From positions 3,007 to 67,006 of the forward strand of contig JAZQMO010000066.1 of assembly GCA_045543495.1 (NCBI GenBank): 64,000 nt of DNA. Direction: 5' to 3'. Of the stretch, positions 1 to 9,210 are shown piece after piece. Position numbers and translations under genes: made by a program. The DNA comes from Eubacteriales bacterium. GTDB lineage: Bacteria > Bacillota > Clostridia > Oscillospirales > SIG627. A model generated the notes under the pieces. The model was not told where the DNA came from, did no database searches, and saw only the letters and a list, made by a program, of their open reading frames with translations. Positions within the stretch are counted from its first letter, which is position 1. Each line of letters starts with the position of its first letter.

Positions 1-2
1 AT

Positions 3-239
3 ACCCCCGGCTCCGTTTGCTTTGCCACGGAGGATAAGCTCTTTTGCGGGGATACGGTCTTTGCCTACGGCTACGGCCGATATGATCTTTGGGGCGGGGA
101 TCGCAAGGCTCTGTCTGAGTCCTTGATGCACCTTTACTCCCTTCCGGGTGATTTTAAGCTTTGCCCCGGCCACGGAAACACCGCCACCTTTTCCCGTGTC
201 AAGGAAATGATCTATCAGTATGCAGAAGAATTAAAATAG
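3..239 (+). CDS. MBL-fold metallo-hydrolase, C-terminal fragment (gene starts upstream of window)
   Basis: Frame 3 is open from the window edge to TAG at 237-239. The translation ...FCGDTVFAYGYGRYDLWGGD...LCPGHGNTATF resembles the C-terminal end of glyoxalase-II-like MBL hydrolases. Confidence 0.5.
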   Translation, partial: TPGSVCFATEDKLFCGDTVFAYGYGRYDLWGGDRKALSESLMHLYSLPGDFKLCPGHGNTATFSRVKEMIYQYAEELK

Positions 240-248
240 GAGCGCTTT

Positions 249-1499
249 ATGAAAAAAGCCATTCTTTTGATTTTTGTCTGTTTTCTTTTTCTCTCCTCCT
301 GTCAAAATTTGTCGGAGGGTGTAACCACCGAATCGGAGCCCCTCACGCTTTTCCCCTCCGTCTCCACCGAAACGGAGCCTCAAACCCGAGAGCCCTATCC
401 CGAAACGGAAACGGAGACGAAAACCGAGGAAAATGCAGAAATAAAAGAGGATCCCCCCGCGCCATCGGGGCACAGTCACACTTGGGTCACCCTTTCGGTT
501 CGGGATGCCACCTGTACCACGCCCGGCTCGGAAGAACAGGGCTGTGATTGCGGTGCGAAAAGAAGCGTGGAAACGGGCCTTTTGAACCACGCCTTCTCTC
601 AGCCCACCTGCCTGACTCCCGCCACCTGCTATTCCTGCGGCGCCACGGGAGCCAACGCCTTGGGTCATATCCCTGTGAAGGGAAGATGCACCCGCTGTCA
701 AAATGCCATCACCTCGCCCCTTTTTGTTTTGGGCAAGGAGCTTCGCTTTGATGCTTCGGGAGACGAGATCCTTCACCGTCTCGGAACTCCCACGGAAATT
801 GTAACCGAGGGAATTTTCACAAGCTATATCTACGCCGAGGATCTTCTTCGCCTCACCGTCATTCAAACCGATGCCGACGGTCTTTGGGGTGTTTTCACTA
901 TGGATCCCTCTGCTCAGTTTTATTTGGAAAACCAGACCCTCACCATCGCCAATATGACGGGAGAGCCGGATCTGAATTCTCAGGCCGTCTACCGTGATCT
1001 TGCCACCTGCCGCATCTTTGCCTTTCGGGATCAAATCGGCTCGGGAGAAAACTATGCCATGTGGCTTCGCTATGAGGAGCGGGAATACGATTATATGAAC
1101 GATCCCAACCTCTACGGAAACTACCACGGCCAACAGCGCCTGTCCTTTTATTACATCAATTCTCTCCGTGCCCGTCACGCTCTCGCCCCCCTTCTTTGGT
1201 CCGATGCCTGCTCTCAGGTGGCCACGGAATACAGCGCCTATATGATCGAAAGCGGCTTCTTCGGCCACGACAATTCCTATCTTACCCGCTTGAAGCAAAA
1301 GGGGATCCAATATCAGAACGCAGGGGAAAACCTTTCCCAAGGATATTTTAACGCCTTCTTCGTCAGCGATGCCTACTACAATTCTCAAAGCCACAGAGCC
1401 AATGTGCTGGATGCCGTCTTCCGCTATGTGGGGGTGGGCTATGTGAAGCGTGGGGGCGATGCCATCGCCGTCTTCGGTGCACAGATCTTCTATTCATAA
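249..1499 (+). CDS. lipoprotein with C-terminal CAP/SCP (YkwD-like) domain
   Basis: N-terminus MKKAILLIFVCFLFLSSC is a signal peptide plus lipobox Cys. It is followed by an acidic T/E/P linker and a Cys-rich middle. The C-terminal ...GHDNSY...NAGENLSQGY...HRANVLD...VGVGY is CAP-domain-like. Confidence 0.6.
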   Translation: MKKAILLIFVCFLFLSSCQNLSEGVTTESEPLTLFPSVSTETEPQTREPYPETETETKTEENAEIKEDPPAPSGHSHTWVTLSVRDATCTTPGSEEQGCDCGAKRSVETGLLNHAFSQPTCLTPATCYSCGATGANALGHIPVKGRCTRCQNAITSPLFVLGKELRFDASGDEILHRLGTPTEIVTEGIFTSYIYAEDLLRLTVIQTDADGLWGVFTMDPSAQFYLENQTLTIANMTGEPDLNSQAVYRDLATCRIFAFRDQIGSGENYAMWLRYEEREYDYMNDPNLYGNYHGQQRLSFYYINSLRARHALAPLLWSDACSQVATEYSAYMIESGFFGHDNSYLTRLKQKGIQYQNAGENLSQGYFNAFFVSDAYYNSQSHRANVLDAVFRYVGVGYVKRGGDAIAVFGAQIFYS

Positions 1500-1532
1500 A
1501 AAAAGAGTTTGCTTTCGCAAACTCTTTTTTTC
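1498..1532. terminator. bidirectional rho-independent terminator (CAP lipoprotein gene / spoIIIA operon)
   Basis: Perfect stem aaaagagtttgc / gcaaactctttt with loop tttc, flanked by A-run and T-run, between convergent stops. Confidence 0.6.
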
Positions 1533-2198
1533 TTATGCCATATCCTTTTCGATGATCTTCACATCCTTGGGCTGAATGGAGGCCTCCAGAAAAACGATCT
1601 CCTTGATCTGTGCGATCTGCCCTGCGCTGAGGCCATTGGATTCTACCACCACGTTGGCCGTATTGTCGTTGATAATGGCAACACATTCCTCAAAGCCCTT
1701 GGCCTTTACCAAATTCTCAATGTCAATTTCCCAGCTTGTCTCATTGGCAATGCGCTCCATTTGGTTGAAGGCCTCCTCCTTGGCGGTTTCGCTGGCGGTC
1801 TCATCCTCGGTAATGCTCACCAAAACCTCCAGTGCCTCGCCCCGAGCCCGCTCCCGATCGATCAGCGCCGTGGCAAAAAAGTTTTCTTCCTTTTCCTCCA
1901 CAACCGCATCCTCATCGGTCACAGGGGCTGCGGTGTCACCCGTTGGGCCGTAGCGAATGTTCAGATACCCCGCCACCGCCACGATCACAAGACAGCCTGC
2001 GATCATGGCATTTTTGGCATTGATGCGCTTCCAGGGAAAGGGCTTTACCTTTTCCTTCATTTTATCAAACCATTTGGAAATTTCCCCAAAGCCCCCGTCG
2101 TGCATTTCTTCCTCCACGGGCACAAGCTCCACGGCCTGTTCCATTTCCTCCAAACAGGTTTCGGGATCGGTCAACTGAATCTTTTTAAGCTGTTTCAT
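1533..2198 (-). CDS. spoIIIAH: stage III sporulation protein AH
   Basis: Last gene of the spoIIIA operon by position. It has an N-terminal TM segment, an acidic linker and a C-terminal ...ANVVVESNGLSAGQIAQIKEIV... domain typical of SpoIIIAH. Confidence 0.75.
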   Translation of the reverse strand: MKQLKKIQLTDPETCLEEMEQAVELVPVEEEMHDGGFGEISKWFDKMKEKVKPFPWKRINAKNAMIAGCLVIVAVAGYLNIRYGPTGDTAAPVTDEDAVVEEKEENFFATALIDRERARGEALEVLVSITEDETASETAKEEAFNQMERIANETSWEIDIENLVKAKGFEECVAIINDNTANVVVESNGLSAGQIAQIKEIVFLEASIQPKDVKIIEKDMA

Positions 2199-2209
2199 CT
2201 TGTTCTCCT

Positions 2210-2701
2210 TTATTCGGTTACAAAAATTTGATTTTCGTTCAGGTCAAGGGTACTTGCCACAAGGCCTATGATCTTGCGCTGAATCTTGGGGTCAGCCGCC
2301 CCGCGGCATACTACGCTGACTCCCCGTATTTCGGGAAACAGAGTCTGCGTCAGAATGGGCTGACTTTTCCCGTCAGAGCCCTCCTGCATCTGAAGGTTCG
2401 TTTCAAGGCTTGTGGCTTCGCCGCTTTGGCTTTTTTGGGTCTTGTTGGCATAGCGGTAATTCTTCCCCCCTGATAGAGTGATCATTACCTTCACGTTTTC
2501 TACCCCATTCATCTCCTCCAGAATGGAAGCCAATTCTCCCTCCAATTCTGCGGTGTAGGCGCTTTCATCAAAGACCTCCTCTCCCTTTGTCTTTTCAAAA
2601 CCACTATATTCACCGAAATACAGAAAAATGATTCCCACCAGAAAACTTATGATCAAAAATGCAAAGTTCTTTTTCTTGAGTCCGAAAAAATCCTTCTTCA
2701 T
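2210..2701 (-). CDS. spoIIIAG: stage III sporulation protein AG
   Basis: N-terminal TM segment and C-terminal ...PEIRGVSVVCRGAADPKIQRKIIGLVASTLDL... typical of SpoIIIAG. Operon position supports the call. Confidence 0.8.
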   Translation of the reverse strand: MKKDFFGLKKKNFAFLIISFLVGIIFLYFGEYSGFEKTKGEEVFDESAYTAELEGELASILEEMNGVENVKVMITLSGGKNYRYANKTQKSQSGEATSLETNLQMQEGSDGKSQPILTQTLFPEIRGVSVVCRGAADPKIQRKIIGLVASTLDLNENQIFVTE

Positions 2702-3144
2702 CCGCTTTCTCCTTCCAAAATAACCCTCGTTACAAGGGAAAAGTTTTCCCTGAGAAACAGGGCCATTTTCTGTCCCGTCTCCGCTTTGTTGCAGTAAACA
2801 CGAATCCCCGTAGGGATATAGGCCTCGTTATGCTCCAGCTCAATTCTCGCTGCGCTTTCGGGAAAGGCCTGCCTCAAGGCTTCTTCCATATCCCTGCGGC
2901 TTTTTTCTAAGATAGCCTCTTCCAAGCCCCCTTCCTCCTGCAATTCCAAATCGGGAAGGGAGATGCCGCTTTCTCCCTTCATCGCCACGGAAAGAATGGG
3001 AGAGAGCACCGATAGAGTCAGCATCAGGGAAAGAAGAAATTTCAGGGGAGGGTACAGGGGAGCCTTCTCTCCCTCCGGTAAAATCAGACGCAAAAGAAGC
3101 GAGGCAAGTGCGCTAAAAAAGATGGGCAGGATCCATTCTTTCAT
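2698..3144 (-). CDS. spoIIIAF: stage III sporulation protein AF
   Basis: Small two-TM protein between AE and AG. Start refined to ATG 3142-3144 (MKEWILPIFF), 1 nt after the spoIIIAE stop and preceded by AAAGGAAG. It overlaps spoIIIAG by 4 nt. Confidence 0.7.
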   Translation of the reverse strand: MKEWILPIFFSALASLLLRLILPEGEKAPLYPPLKFLLSLMLTLSVLSPILSVAMKGESGISLPDLELQEEGGLEEAILEKSRRDMEEALRQAFPESAARIELEHNEAYIPTGIRVYCNKAETGQKMALFLRENFSLVTRVILEGESG

Positions 3145-3145
3145 A

Positions 3146-4252
3146 TCAAAGGCTTCCTTTCGTTTGCAGAAATAGGGCAATGGCAAAGATCAAATAGCAG
3201 CCTTGTGTGATCAAAAGGGACAGGATCAGATCCATCAGATGGGTAACGGATTTCAAAAATCGCATCAGTGATTTGATCTCAAGCATTTGCGCCAGCGCCG
3301 ATGCAAGGGACAAAAAGAACTTTCTGATCCATAAGAACAAAATCGGGCGGAGCAAAAGAAAAACCAGCACCGTAAGGCAAAGGGTGCCGCACTGACCCTT
3401 CACCAGCTGAAGGGATGCAGAAAGGGTGCGTGACTGCTCGCCCACCATAGAGCCCACCACCGGAACGAAGGTGCCCGCCGCAAAGCGAAGTGAGCGCATA
3501 GAAACGGAATCCGAAGCCGTGGCAAGTAGGTGGCGCAAGGAAATGAGAGCTGTGGCAACGGAAAAGAAAAAGACACAAAGGGTCTTGACCGTCTTCTTCA
3601 AAAAGGAAACAAGCCCCGATAGGGCGCCGTCTCCCATCCCCTCCAAAAGAGAAAAGCAAAACAGCGTGCGGATCAGGGGAAACAGGTGGGTGGTGGTAAC
3701 CGTGGAGAGGGCCGAGAGAAAGAAGGTCACACAGCTGTTTTGTACCGCCGCCGCATTGACCGAGCCCCCCAGTGCCAGTAGCATGGTGCTCACAGGGAGG
3801 GAGGCAAGCATAAAGTGAGAGACGGTTCTCAAAGCACTGTCTGCCACCGAGAGACTTTCCGACAGAGCAAGAAAAACGGGGATGGCGGCGGCAAATAAAA
3901 ACAGGAATTGAAAGGCGTCCCCCTTGGGGTCACTCCCCGTCTTGTTCAGCCCCTCCAATAAGGCCCCCGCCAGGATCAATACACAAAGGGATAAAAACAG
4001 CTTCAGATTGTCTTCAAGCCCCAAAAGGATCCCATTCCATATTTTTTTCAGCAGCATCTCTCGGGATTCCCCTTGTGCTGCGGGATCCAGCATCAGAGAG
4101 ACCTCCTCCTTTTTTATCTCCTCGGGCATAGCCTCCCACAGAGAATCAAAGTCGGAAAAGCGCTCCAGCTCCTCCTGTGCCGCCGCCCTCGCAGGGGTGG
4201 CAAGAAAAAAGAAGAGTGGGACGAGAAGGAGAATACAAATGGCTTTTTTCAT
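3146..4252 (-). CDS. spoIIIAE: stage III sporulation protein AE
   Basis: 368-aa polytopic membrane protein with an N-terminal signal peptide (MKKAICILLLVPLFFFLATPARA). Size and operon position are typical of SpoIIIAE. Confidence 0.8.
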   Translation of the reverse strand: MKKAICILLLVPLFFFLATPARAAAQEELERFSDFDSLWEAMPEEIKKEEVSLMLDPAAQGESREMLLKKIWNGILLGLEDNLKLFLSLCVLILAGALLEGLNKTGSDPKGDAFQFLFLFAAAIPVFLALSESLSVADSALRTVSHFMLASLPVSTMLLALGGSVNAAAVQNSCVTFFLSALSTVTTTHLFPLIRTLFCFSLLEGMGDGALSGLVSFLKKTVKTLCVFFFSVATALISLRHLLATASDSVSMRSLRFAAGTFVPVVGSMVGEQSRTLSASLQLVKGQCGTLCLTVLVFLLLRPILFLWIRKFFLSLASALAQMLEIKSLMRFLKSVTHLMDLILSLLITQGCYLIFAIALFLQTKGSL

Positions 4253-4629
4253 CCTAAAATCTCTCCCATCAGGGAGAGGATCTCTCCCACCAAGGGCAAG
4301 GCAAGGTATAACACCGCCGCCTTTCCGCAGGCCTCCAGCTTTTTTGCAACGGAGTCCTCCCCCAGATCACGGCAAAAGGAAGCGGTAAAGCTGACCAAAA
4401 AGGAAATGCCGATCCCCTTGAATATTGGGGTGAAAAAGCTCCCTGCCACCGCCTTTTGTCCCAAGGCCTTAAGGTAAGATAAAACAGGCTCGGCCTGACG
4501 AAAAAAGAGTAGGGATAAGACCAAGGTTGCCCCTGCAGTCAGATATCCCTTGAATCGCTCCGATAAGGGGGTGACGGACTGGATCAGGAGCGTGGCAAAC
4601 AGGGCAAAGAAGGTAGCGGAGAGGATCAT
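4249..4629 (-). CDS. spoIIIAD: stage III sporulation protein AD
   Basis: 126-aa four-TM protein with 4-nt overlaps to both neighbours. Operon position supports the call. Confidence 0.8.
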   Translation of the reverse strand: MILSATFFALFATLLIQSVTPLSERFKGYLTAGATLVLSLLFFRQAEPVLSYLKALGQKAVAGSFFTPIFKGIGISFLVSFTASFCRDLGEDSVAKKLEACGKAAVLYLALPLVGEILSLMGEILG

Positions 4630-4820
4630 AGCCCGAAGGTGCTTCTCACGGTGTTCAGAAGCTCACTGATCTTTCCGATCAGCATAAAAAAGGCCAGCAG
4701 GATCCCACCTAAGGTCACAAAGCCGGCCAATTCATCCCGCCCGCTGCTTTTTAATACCTGACACAATACACCCACCAAAATTCCAATGCCTGCAAGCTTT
4801 AATAAAAGTGTAACTTCCAT
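4626..4820 (-). CDS. spoIIIAC: stage III sporulation protein AC
   Basis: 64-aa two-TM protein (MEVTLLLKLAGIGILVGVLCQVLK...). Operon position supports the call. Confidence 0.8.
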   Translation of the reverse strand: MEVTLLLKLAGIGILVGVLCQVLKSSGRDELAGFVTLGGILLAFFMLIGKISELLNTVRSTFGL

Positions 4821-4830
4821 TGTTTTCTCC

Positions 4831-5331
4831 TTATATCAGCAGAATAAAAAGGCCAAGCCCTGCGCAAAGCCCTACCGTCCTTGCCAAGGTCGCATCCTTT
4901 TCCCGTTTTGGCCTTTCTGTTTCCTCTCTTCTTTGAATGGTCTTGATAAGGCTTTCCGTTTGATTAAGCTGTGCCTTTTTGCTTTGCATCCCAAAGCCTG
5001 CGGCAAATTCCTTCCAAAGCTTTTGTTCCTCGCTGCTCCAATTTGCACGCTCCATCAGAGAGGGGAGGGCTCTTTCCAGCGCTCCCACGGGGGATTTTTC
5101 GATCTCCTCCTTCAGCCTCGGTAAAAAGCCCGATTCCGTTAAGGCACTGCTTTCAAAGGAGGAAACGATCTCCTCCTGCTCCTTGGAAAAGGCTTCGATC
5201 TGAAAATGAATGTGCTTCAAAAAATCAAGACTGCCTTGCCGTTCCTTCCCCTCACGGAGGATCCTTTGCCGAGTAAAAAATCCCAAAGCGGCGGGGATCA
5301 TCGAAATCAAAAATGCACCCAAGCTTTTCAT
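4831..5331 (-). CDS. spoIIIAB: stage III sporulation protein AB
   Basis: 166 aa with TM segments at both ends. It overlaps the spoIIIAA stop by 4 nt. Confidence 0.75.
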   Translation of the reverse strand: MKSLGAFLISMIPAALGFFTRQRILREGKERQGSLDFLKHIHFQIEAFSKEQEEIVSSFESSALTESGFLPRLKEEIEKSPVGALERALPSLMERANWSSEEQKLWKEFAAGFGMQSKKAQLNQTESLIKTIQRREETERPKREKDATLARTVGLCAGLGLFILLI

Positions 5332-6236
5332 TCCATTGCAAAGCGCTCCATTTTTACTCGGTAGTGCTCTCCCGCAATGGGGTGCAGGAGCACCCCGCAG
5401 GAAAACACTCTGTTTTCAATCAATTCTCTTAAAAACGGCCTTCTTTGGGCCTCCTTGAGGCTGTCGGCGTGAGCCGAAGCGAAGAGGATACAGCCGCCGC
5501 CCACTGCCTCTGTAATGGCCTCGGCCTCGTTTGTTGTTCCGATCTCATCGCATAGGATCACCTGTGGAGAAAAGAGCCTTACGGCAATGCCGATCCCTTC
5601 TCCCTTGGGGTAGCCGTACAGCACATCCAAAAGGCCCGCCTCTGTCTTCATCCCTTGAGGAAGGATCTCTTTTCTTTCATCAATGACCGCAACCCTTTGC
5701 GCAGAAAACCCCTTCTCTCCACGGGAAAGGGCGATGGCAAGGGAGCGAAGCAGGGTGGTCTTTCCTCCGCCGGGGGGCGATAAGATCAGGGTGGATATGG
5801 GCTTCTTTTCGGGAAAGAGCCTGAAAAAGGCATCGCAGGCCTCGGGAATTTGCCTTGCCAGCCTCAGGCTCACGCTTTCAAAGCGCTCTCCCAAATGCGC
5901 CGAGGAACTGTTTTTTTCAGGGCAGACCGCAAGGCGAAACCCCCTTTCGTCCACCAAATAACCCTCTTTCAGGGTGTCAAAATATCGGTACAGGCTTCCC
6001 TTGCAAAAGGAAGCGATCACAAATCGGATCTCGTCGGAGGTGGCGCAAAGTGCCCGTTCCGCTCCCACCGCCTTCCCCTCGGAGGATAAAAAAATATTTC
6101 CCGAAAAGCAGGTTAAGGAAAGAGGTCTTTCGCACCGCAAACGGATTTCCGAAATTCTCTCCCAACCCTCAAAGGCCGCAAGGGCTCTTTGGATCCTTTC
6201 GGGAAATAAAGAAAAAACTGTTTTGATGTCCGTCAT
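5328..6236 (-). CDS. spoIIIAA: stage III sporulation protein AA (secretion-type ATPase)
   Basis: Walker A SPPGGGKTTLLR and Walker B VILCDEIG. It is the first gene of the eight-gene operon. Confidence 0.85.
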   Translation of the reverse strand: MTDIKTVFSLFPERIQRALAAFEGWERISEIRLRCERPLSLTCFSGNIFLSSEGKAVGAERALCATSDEIRFVIASFCKGSLYRYFDTLKEGYLVDERGFRLAVCPEKNSSSAHLGERFESVSLRLARQIPEACDAFFRLFPEKKPISTLILSPPGGGKTTLLRSLAIALSRGEKGFSAQRVAVIDERKEILPQGMKTEAGLLDVLYGYPKGEGIGIAVRLFSPQVILCDEIGTTNEAEAITEAVGGGCILFASAHADSLKEAQRRPFLRELIENRVFSCGVLLHPIAGEHYRVKMERFAME

Positions 6237-6305
6237 TTTCTGTTCCTCACTTTTGATACACTCTATGCAAAAAAACAGAAAAGTAGAACAAAAAAAGAAA
6301 GCTCC

Positions 6306-7037
6306 TTAAATAAGAGCTTCCTTCTCAATTCTGACAGGGGTAAAATTCCGATAGTCGGAGGATACGAGAGTGAATCGGATGCCGTCGTATTCCTCCACCA
6401 GAGGCTTCGAGCCCCAGTTGTGCAGGTGTCCGTAATACACCCTTGTTACCCCGTATTCCTTCAATACGCTTAAAATGGGATTTTCCCTTTGGGTCTGTGT
6501 CACCACGGGGTAGTGGGAAAAGCAGACCGTGGGAAGAAAAACGCCTTCCTTTTGCCGCTCCTCCTGAATTTTTTTGCCCTCCTCCAAGGACAGAGCAAAG
6601 CGAATGGCCTCTCGCTTCAGTACCTTTTCATCCTGTTCGGTCATTTTGTCCTCGCACATCCACCCACGGGATCCGCACAGGATCATTCCTTCTGCCTCAA
6701 TGGCATCGTTTTTCAAAACAGAAATGGAGTCCAGTCCGTTTTCCTCCAAAAAGGTAAGAAGCTTTTTTTGAGAGGGCCACCAATAATCGTGGTTCCCCTT
6801 CATCAGGATCTTTTTTCCGTTGAGTCGATGGATAAATTCAAGATCCTGCTTGGCCCCCTCAAGATCCATTGCCCAGGAAATATCCCCCGGCACCACCACC
6901 GTATCCGATTCCTGTACCATATAGTTCCAATATTCGGTCAAGCGGCTTTCAAATCCTACCCAGCTTCCGCCGAAAACATCCATGGGCTTTTCGCCGGATA
7001 GAGACAAATGCAGATCCGCAAGGGTAAAAAGTGCCAT
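6306..7037 (-). CDS. metallophosphoesterase
   Basis: Motifs LADLHLS (DxH), GDISW (GD), GNHDYW (GNHD/E) and GHLH. Start refined to MALFTLADLH at 7037. Confidence 0.7.
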   Translation of the reverse strand: MALFTLADLHLSLSGEKPMDVFGGSWVGFESRLTEYWNYMVQESDTVVVPGDISWAMDLEGAKQDLEFIHRLNGKKILMKGNHDYWWPSQKKLLTFLEENGLDSISVLKNDAIEAEGMILCGSRGWMCEDKMTEQDEKVLKREAIRFALSLEEGKKIQEERQKEGVFLPTVCFSHYPVVTQTQRENPILSVLKEYGVTRVYYGHLHNWGSKPLVEEYDGIRFTLVSSDYRNFTPVRIEKEALI

Positions 7038-7109
7038 AACGGGACTCCTTTCGTATAAAATGATGAATTTGGGACACACTATGGAAAACAATGAGAAAGG
7101 AAAGTGAAT

Positions 7110-7298
7110 ATGGAAGGCATTACACTCTCATCCTCCTCCGTGCCGGAGCACATTAAGGGAATTCGTTGCAATGTGAAAAACTGCGTGTACAATGATATGA
7201 GTTCTTATTGCACCGCCCGACAGATCAGTGTCGGCCCCAGCTATGCAACCTCGGGGATCGATACCATCTGCGGCACATTCCGACCTAAAAACCGATGA
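7110..7298 (+). CDS. DUF1540-like small Cys-containing protein
   Basis: ATG 7110 lies after AAAGGAAAG. The sequence ...IRCNVKNCVYNDMSSYCTARQISVG...ICGTF shows the CxxxxC..YN...C pattern that I associate with DUF1540. Confidence 0.55.
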   Translation: MEGITLSSSSVPEHIKGIRCNVKNCVYNDMSSYCTARQISVGPSYATSGIDTICGTFRPKNR

Positions 7299-7326
7299 AA
7301 GAAGGCACCTTCGGGTGCTTTCTTTA
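7297..7326. terminator. bidirectional terminator between DUF1540 gene and yraN
   Basis: Stem aaagaaggcacc / ggtgctttcttt with loop ttcg. Confidence 0.5.
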
Positions 7327-7704
7327 CATTCCGAAGGCAAAGGGGGTGTGAAGAACCTGTATTCGGTTTTCTCCCTCACGGTCCATATAAAGCTCCACAG
7401 CGTCAAAGCGGGGCAGAAGACCCTTTGTTAATTTCGGCTCCTGCCTTAGAAAGGCCCTTGCCGCCTTTTTCAGGTTTTGCTGCTTTTCCTTGTCGATCCG
7501 ATAGGCGCCGCGGCCGAATTTTTTGGCACTTTCCTCCGTTCGGGTCTTCACCTCTATGAAAACGATCTCATCATTTTCCTGCATGATCAGGTCGATCTCT
7601 CCACCCTTGACTCTGAAATTGGCACGAATGAATACATAACCCTTTTCTTCCAAAAACAAGCGGGCAAGATATTCGCCCTTTTCACCGAATTCACGGCTTG
7701 TCAT
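7324..7704 (-). CDS. yraN: YraN family (UPF0102) endonuclease-like protein
   Basis: GEKGEYLARLFLEEKGYVFIRANFRVKGGEIDLIM...IVFIEVKTRT signature. Conserved position after rnhB. Confidence 0.8.
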   Translation of the reverse strand: MTSREFGEKGEYLARLFLEEKGYVFIRANFRVKGGEIDLIMQENDEIVFIEVKTRTEESAKKFGRGAYRIDKEKQQNLKKAARAFLRQEPKLTKGLLPRFDAVELYMDREGENRIQVLHTPFAFGM

Positions 7705-8300
7705 ACAAGTCCACGCTTCTTGAGAAAGCTTTTTCTGTGAATGGGGAGCACACCGTTTTTCTCAATGGCCGCAAAATGAGCCTTGGTGGGGTAGCCCTTA
7801 TGAGAAGCAAAGCCATACAGGGGATAGAGCCGATCCATCTCGTAGCACTCCCGATCCCGCAGAACCTTTGCGATAATGGAGGCGGCGGCAATGCTGGGGC
7901 TGTTGGCATCCCCCTTGATCACGGGCTTTGCCCTCTGGGAGAAGCCACGGGCAATGTTTCCGTCCACAAGGAGAAACTCAGGCTCCACGGAAAGGCTTTC
8001 CACGGCTCTTTTCATAGCAAGCATACTGGCGTTTAATATGTTGATCTCGTCGATCTCCTCGGGGGAGGCGGTGCCAAAGCCCCAAGCCACGGCGTTTTGT
8101 GTGATCTCGGAAAACAAAGCCTCCCGCTTCTTTTCGGTGAGCTTTTTGGAATCGTTGAGCCCTTCGGGCAGATATCCCTCGGGAAGGATGACCGCCCCTG
8201 CGTAAACAGGGCCCGCCAAGGGACCTCTGCCTGCCTCGTCAAGCCCGCAGACCACCTTGACTCCCTCGGGAATCAGGCTTTTTTCCAAATCATAATTCAT
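7701..8300 (-). CDS. rnhB: ribonuclease HII
   Basis: VCGLDEAGRGPLAGPV...DSKKL...ASIIAK motifs. Confidence 0.9.
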   Translation of the reverse strand: MNYDLEKSLIPEGVKVVCGLDEAGRGPLAGPVYAGAVILPEGYLPEGLNDSKKLTEKKREALFSEITQNAVAWGFGTASPEEIDEINILNASMLAMKRAVESLSVEPEFLLVDGNIARGFSQRAKPVIKGDANSPSIAAASIIAKVLRDRECYEMDRLYPLYGFASHKGYPTKAHFAAIEKNGVLPIHRKSFLKKRGLV

Positions 8301-9210
8301 TTTTCGTGTCCTCCAGCGTAACGGGGCCGATCTTTCCGTTTCTGAATTCTTCCAGAAGCATGGCGGCGCATCTCTCTTCGTTCACACTGCCGCCCCCCTG
8401 CAAAAAGCCTCGCTTTTTGCCAATGGTAAGGAAAAGATCATAGGGCTCCATCAGGATCTCCTCCTCGGTCAGCTTGTAGCGCTGAGCAAGAAGTGTGGGA
8501 GCGCAATTCTTTAATCGGGTCAGCAAAAGACAGGCGATCTCCTCGGTGGGGAGAATGGTATCCTTGATGGCGCCTGTTATGGCAAGGTTCTCTCCTGTAA
8601 TGGGATCCTCGAATTTCGGCCAAAGGACACCCGGCATATCCAAAAGCTCCAGCTCGGCGTTGACCTTGACCCATTGCTTGTTGCGGGTCACACCGGGGCG
8701 GTTTTCCGCCTGTGCCTTTTTCTGCCCCGCAAAGCGGTTGATGAGGGTGCTTTTTCCCACATTGGGAATCCCCACCACCATAGCACGAATGGGTTTTTTC
8801 ATTCCCTTGGCACGGTCTCTCTCCAGCTTTTCCTTCAAAAGTTGCTTTGCCGCATTCAGGATCTCATGCAAGCCCTTGCCGTTTTTGGAGTCCACCGCCA
8901 CAAGGGGCTTCTTTTCCTCCTTCAGGAAATATTCCTTCCATCTTTCGGTGATCACAGGGTCGGCAAGGTCTGCCTTGTTAAGAAGGATCACCGACTTTTT
9001 TTCACCCAAAAGCTGACGGATCTCGGGATTTCGGGAGCTTTCGGGAATTCTGGCATCCAGCAATTCAAAGACCACATCCACATCAGGCAAATTTTCCTTC
9101 ATGATGCGGCGGGTCTTTGCCATGTGACCGGGGAACCATTGAATGGTTACATTGTCGGAAAGGATCTCGCTTTTTTCCTTTTCAGGCTTTTCGCCCTTAT
9201 GCTTTTTCAT
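8290..9210 (-). CDS. rbgA: ribosome biogenesis GTPase YlqF/RbgA
   Basis: WFPGHMAKTRR; circularly permuted GTPase motifs LNKADL ... GIPNVGKSTLIN ... DMPGVL. Confidence 0.9.
   Translation of the reverse strand: MKKHKGEKPEKEKSEILSDNVTIQWFPGHMAKTRRIMKENLPDVDVVFELLDARIPESSRNPEIRQLLGEKKSVILLNKADLADPVITERWKEYFLKEEKKPLVAVDSKNGKGLHEILNAAKQLLKEKLERDRAKGMKKPIRAMVVGIPNVGKSTLINRFAGQKKAQAENRPGVTRNKQWVKVNAELELLDMPGVLWPKFEDPITGENLAITGAIKDTILPTEEIACLLLTRLKNCAPTLLAQRYKLTEEEILMEPYDLFLTIGKKRGFLQGGGSVNEERCAAMLLEEFRNGKIGPVTLEDTKNEL

Noticed and set aside
6237-6305. sigma-E promoter of the spoIIIA operon (CATAGAGT -10-like element)
   Set aside because: The -10 resembles CATACA-T, but I could not find a convincing ATATT-type -35 at the right spacing, so I did not list it as a feature.
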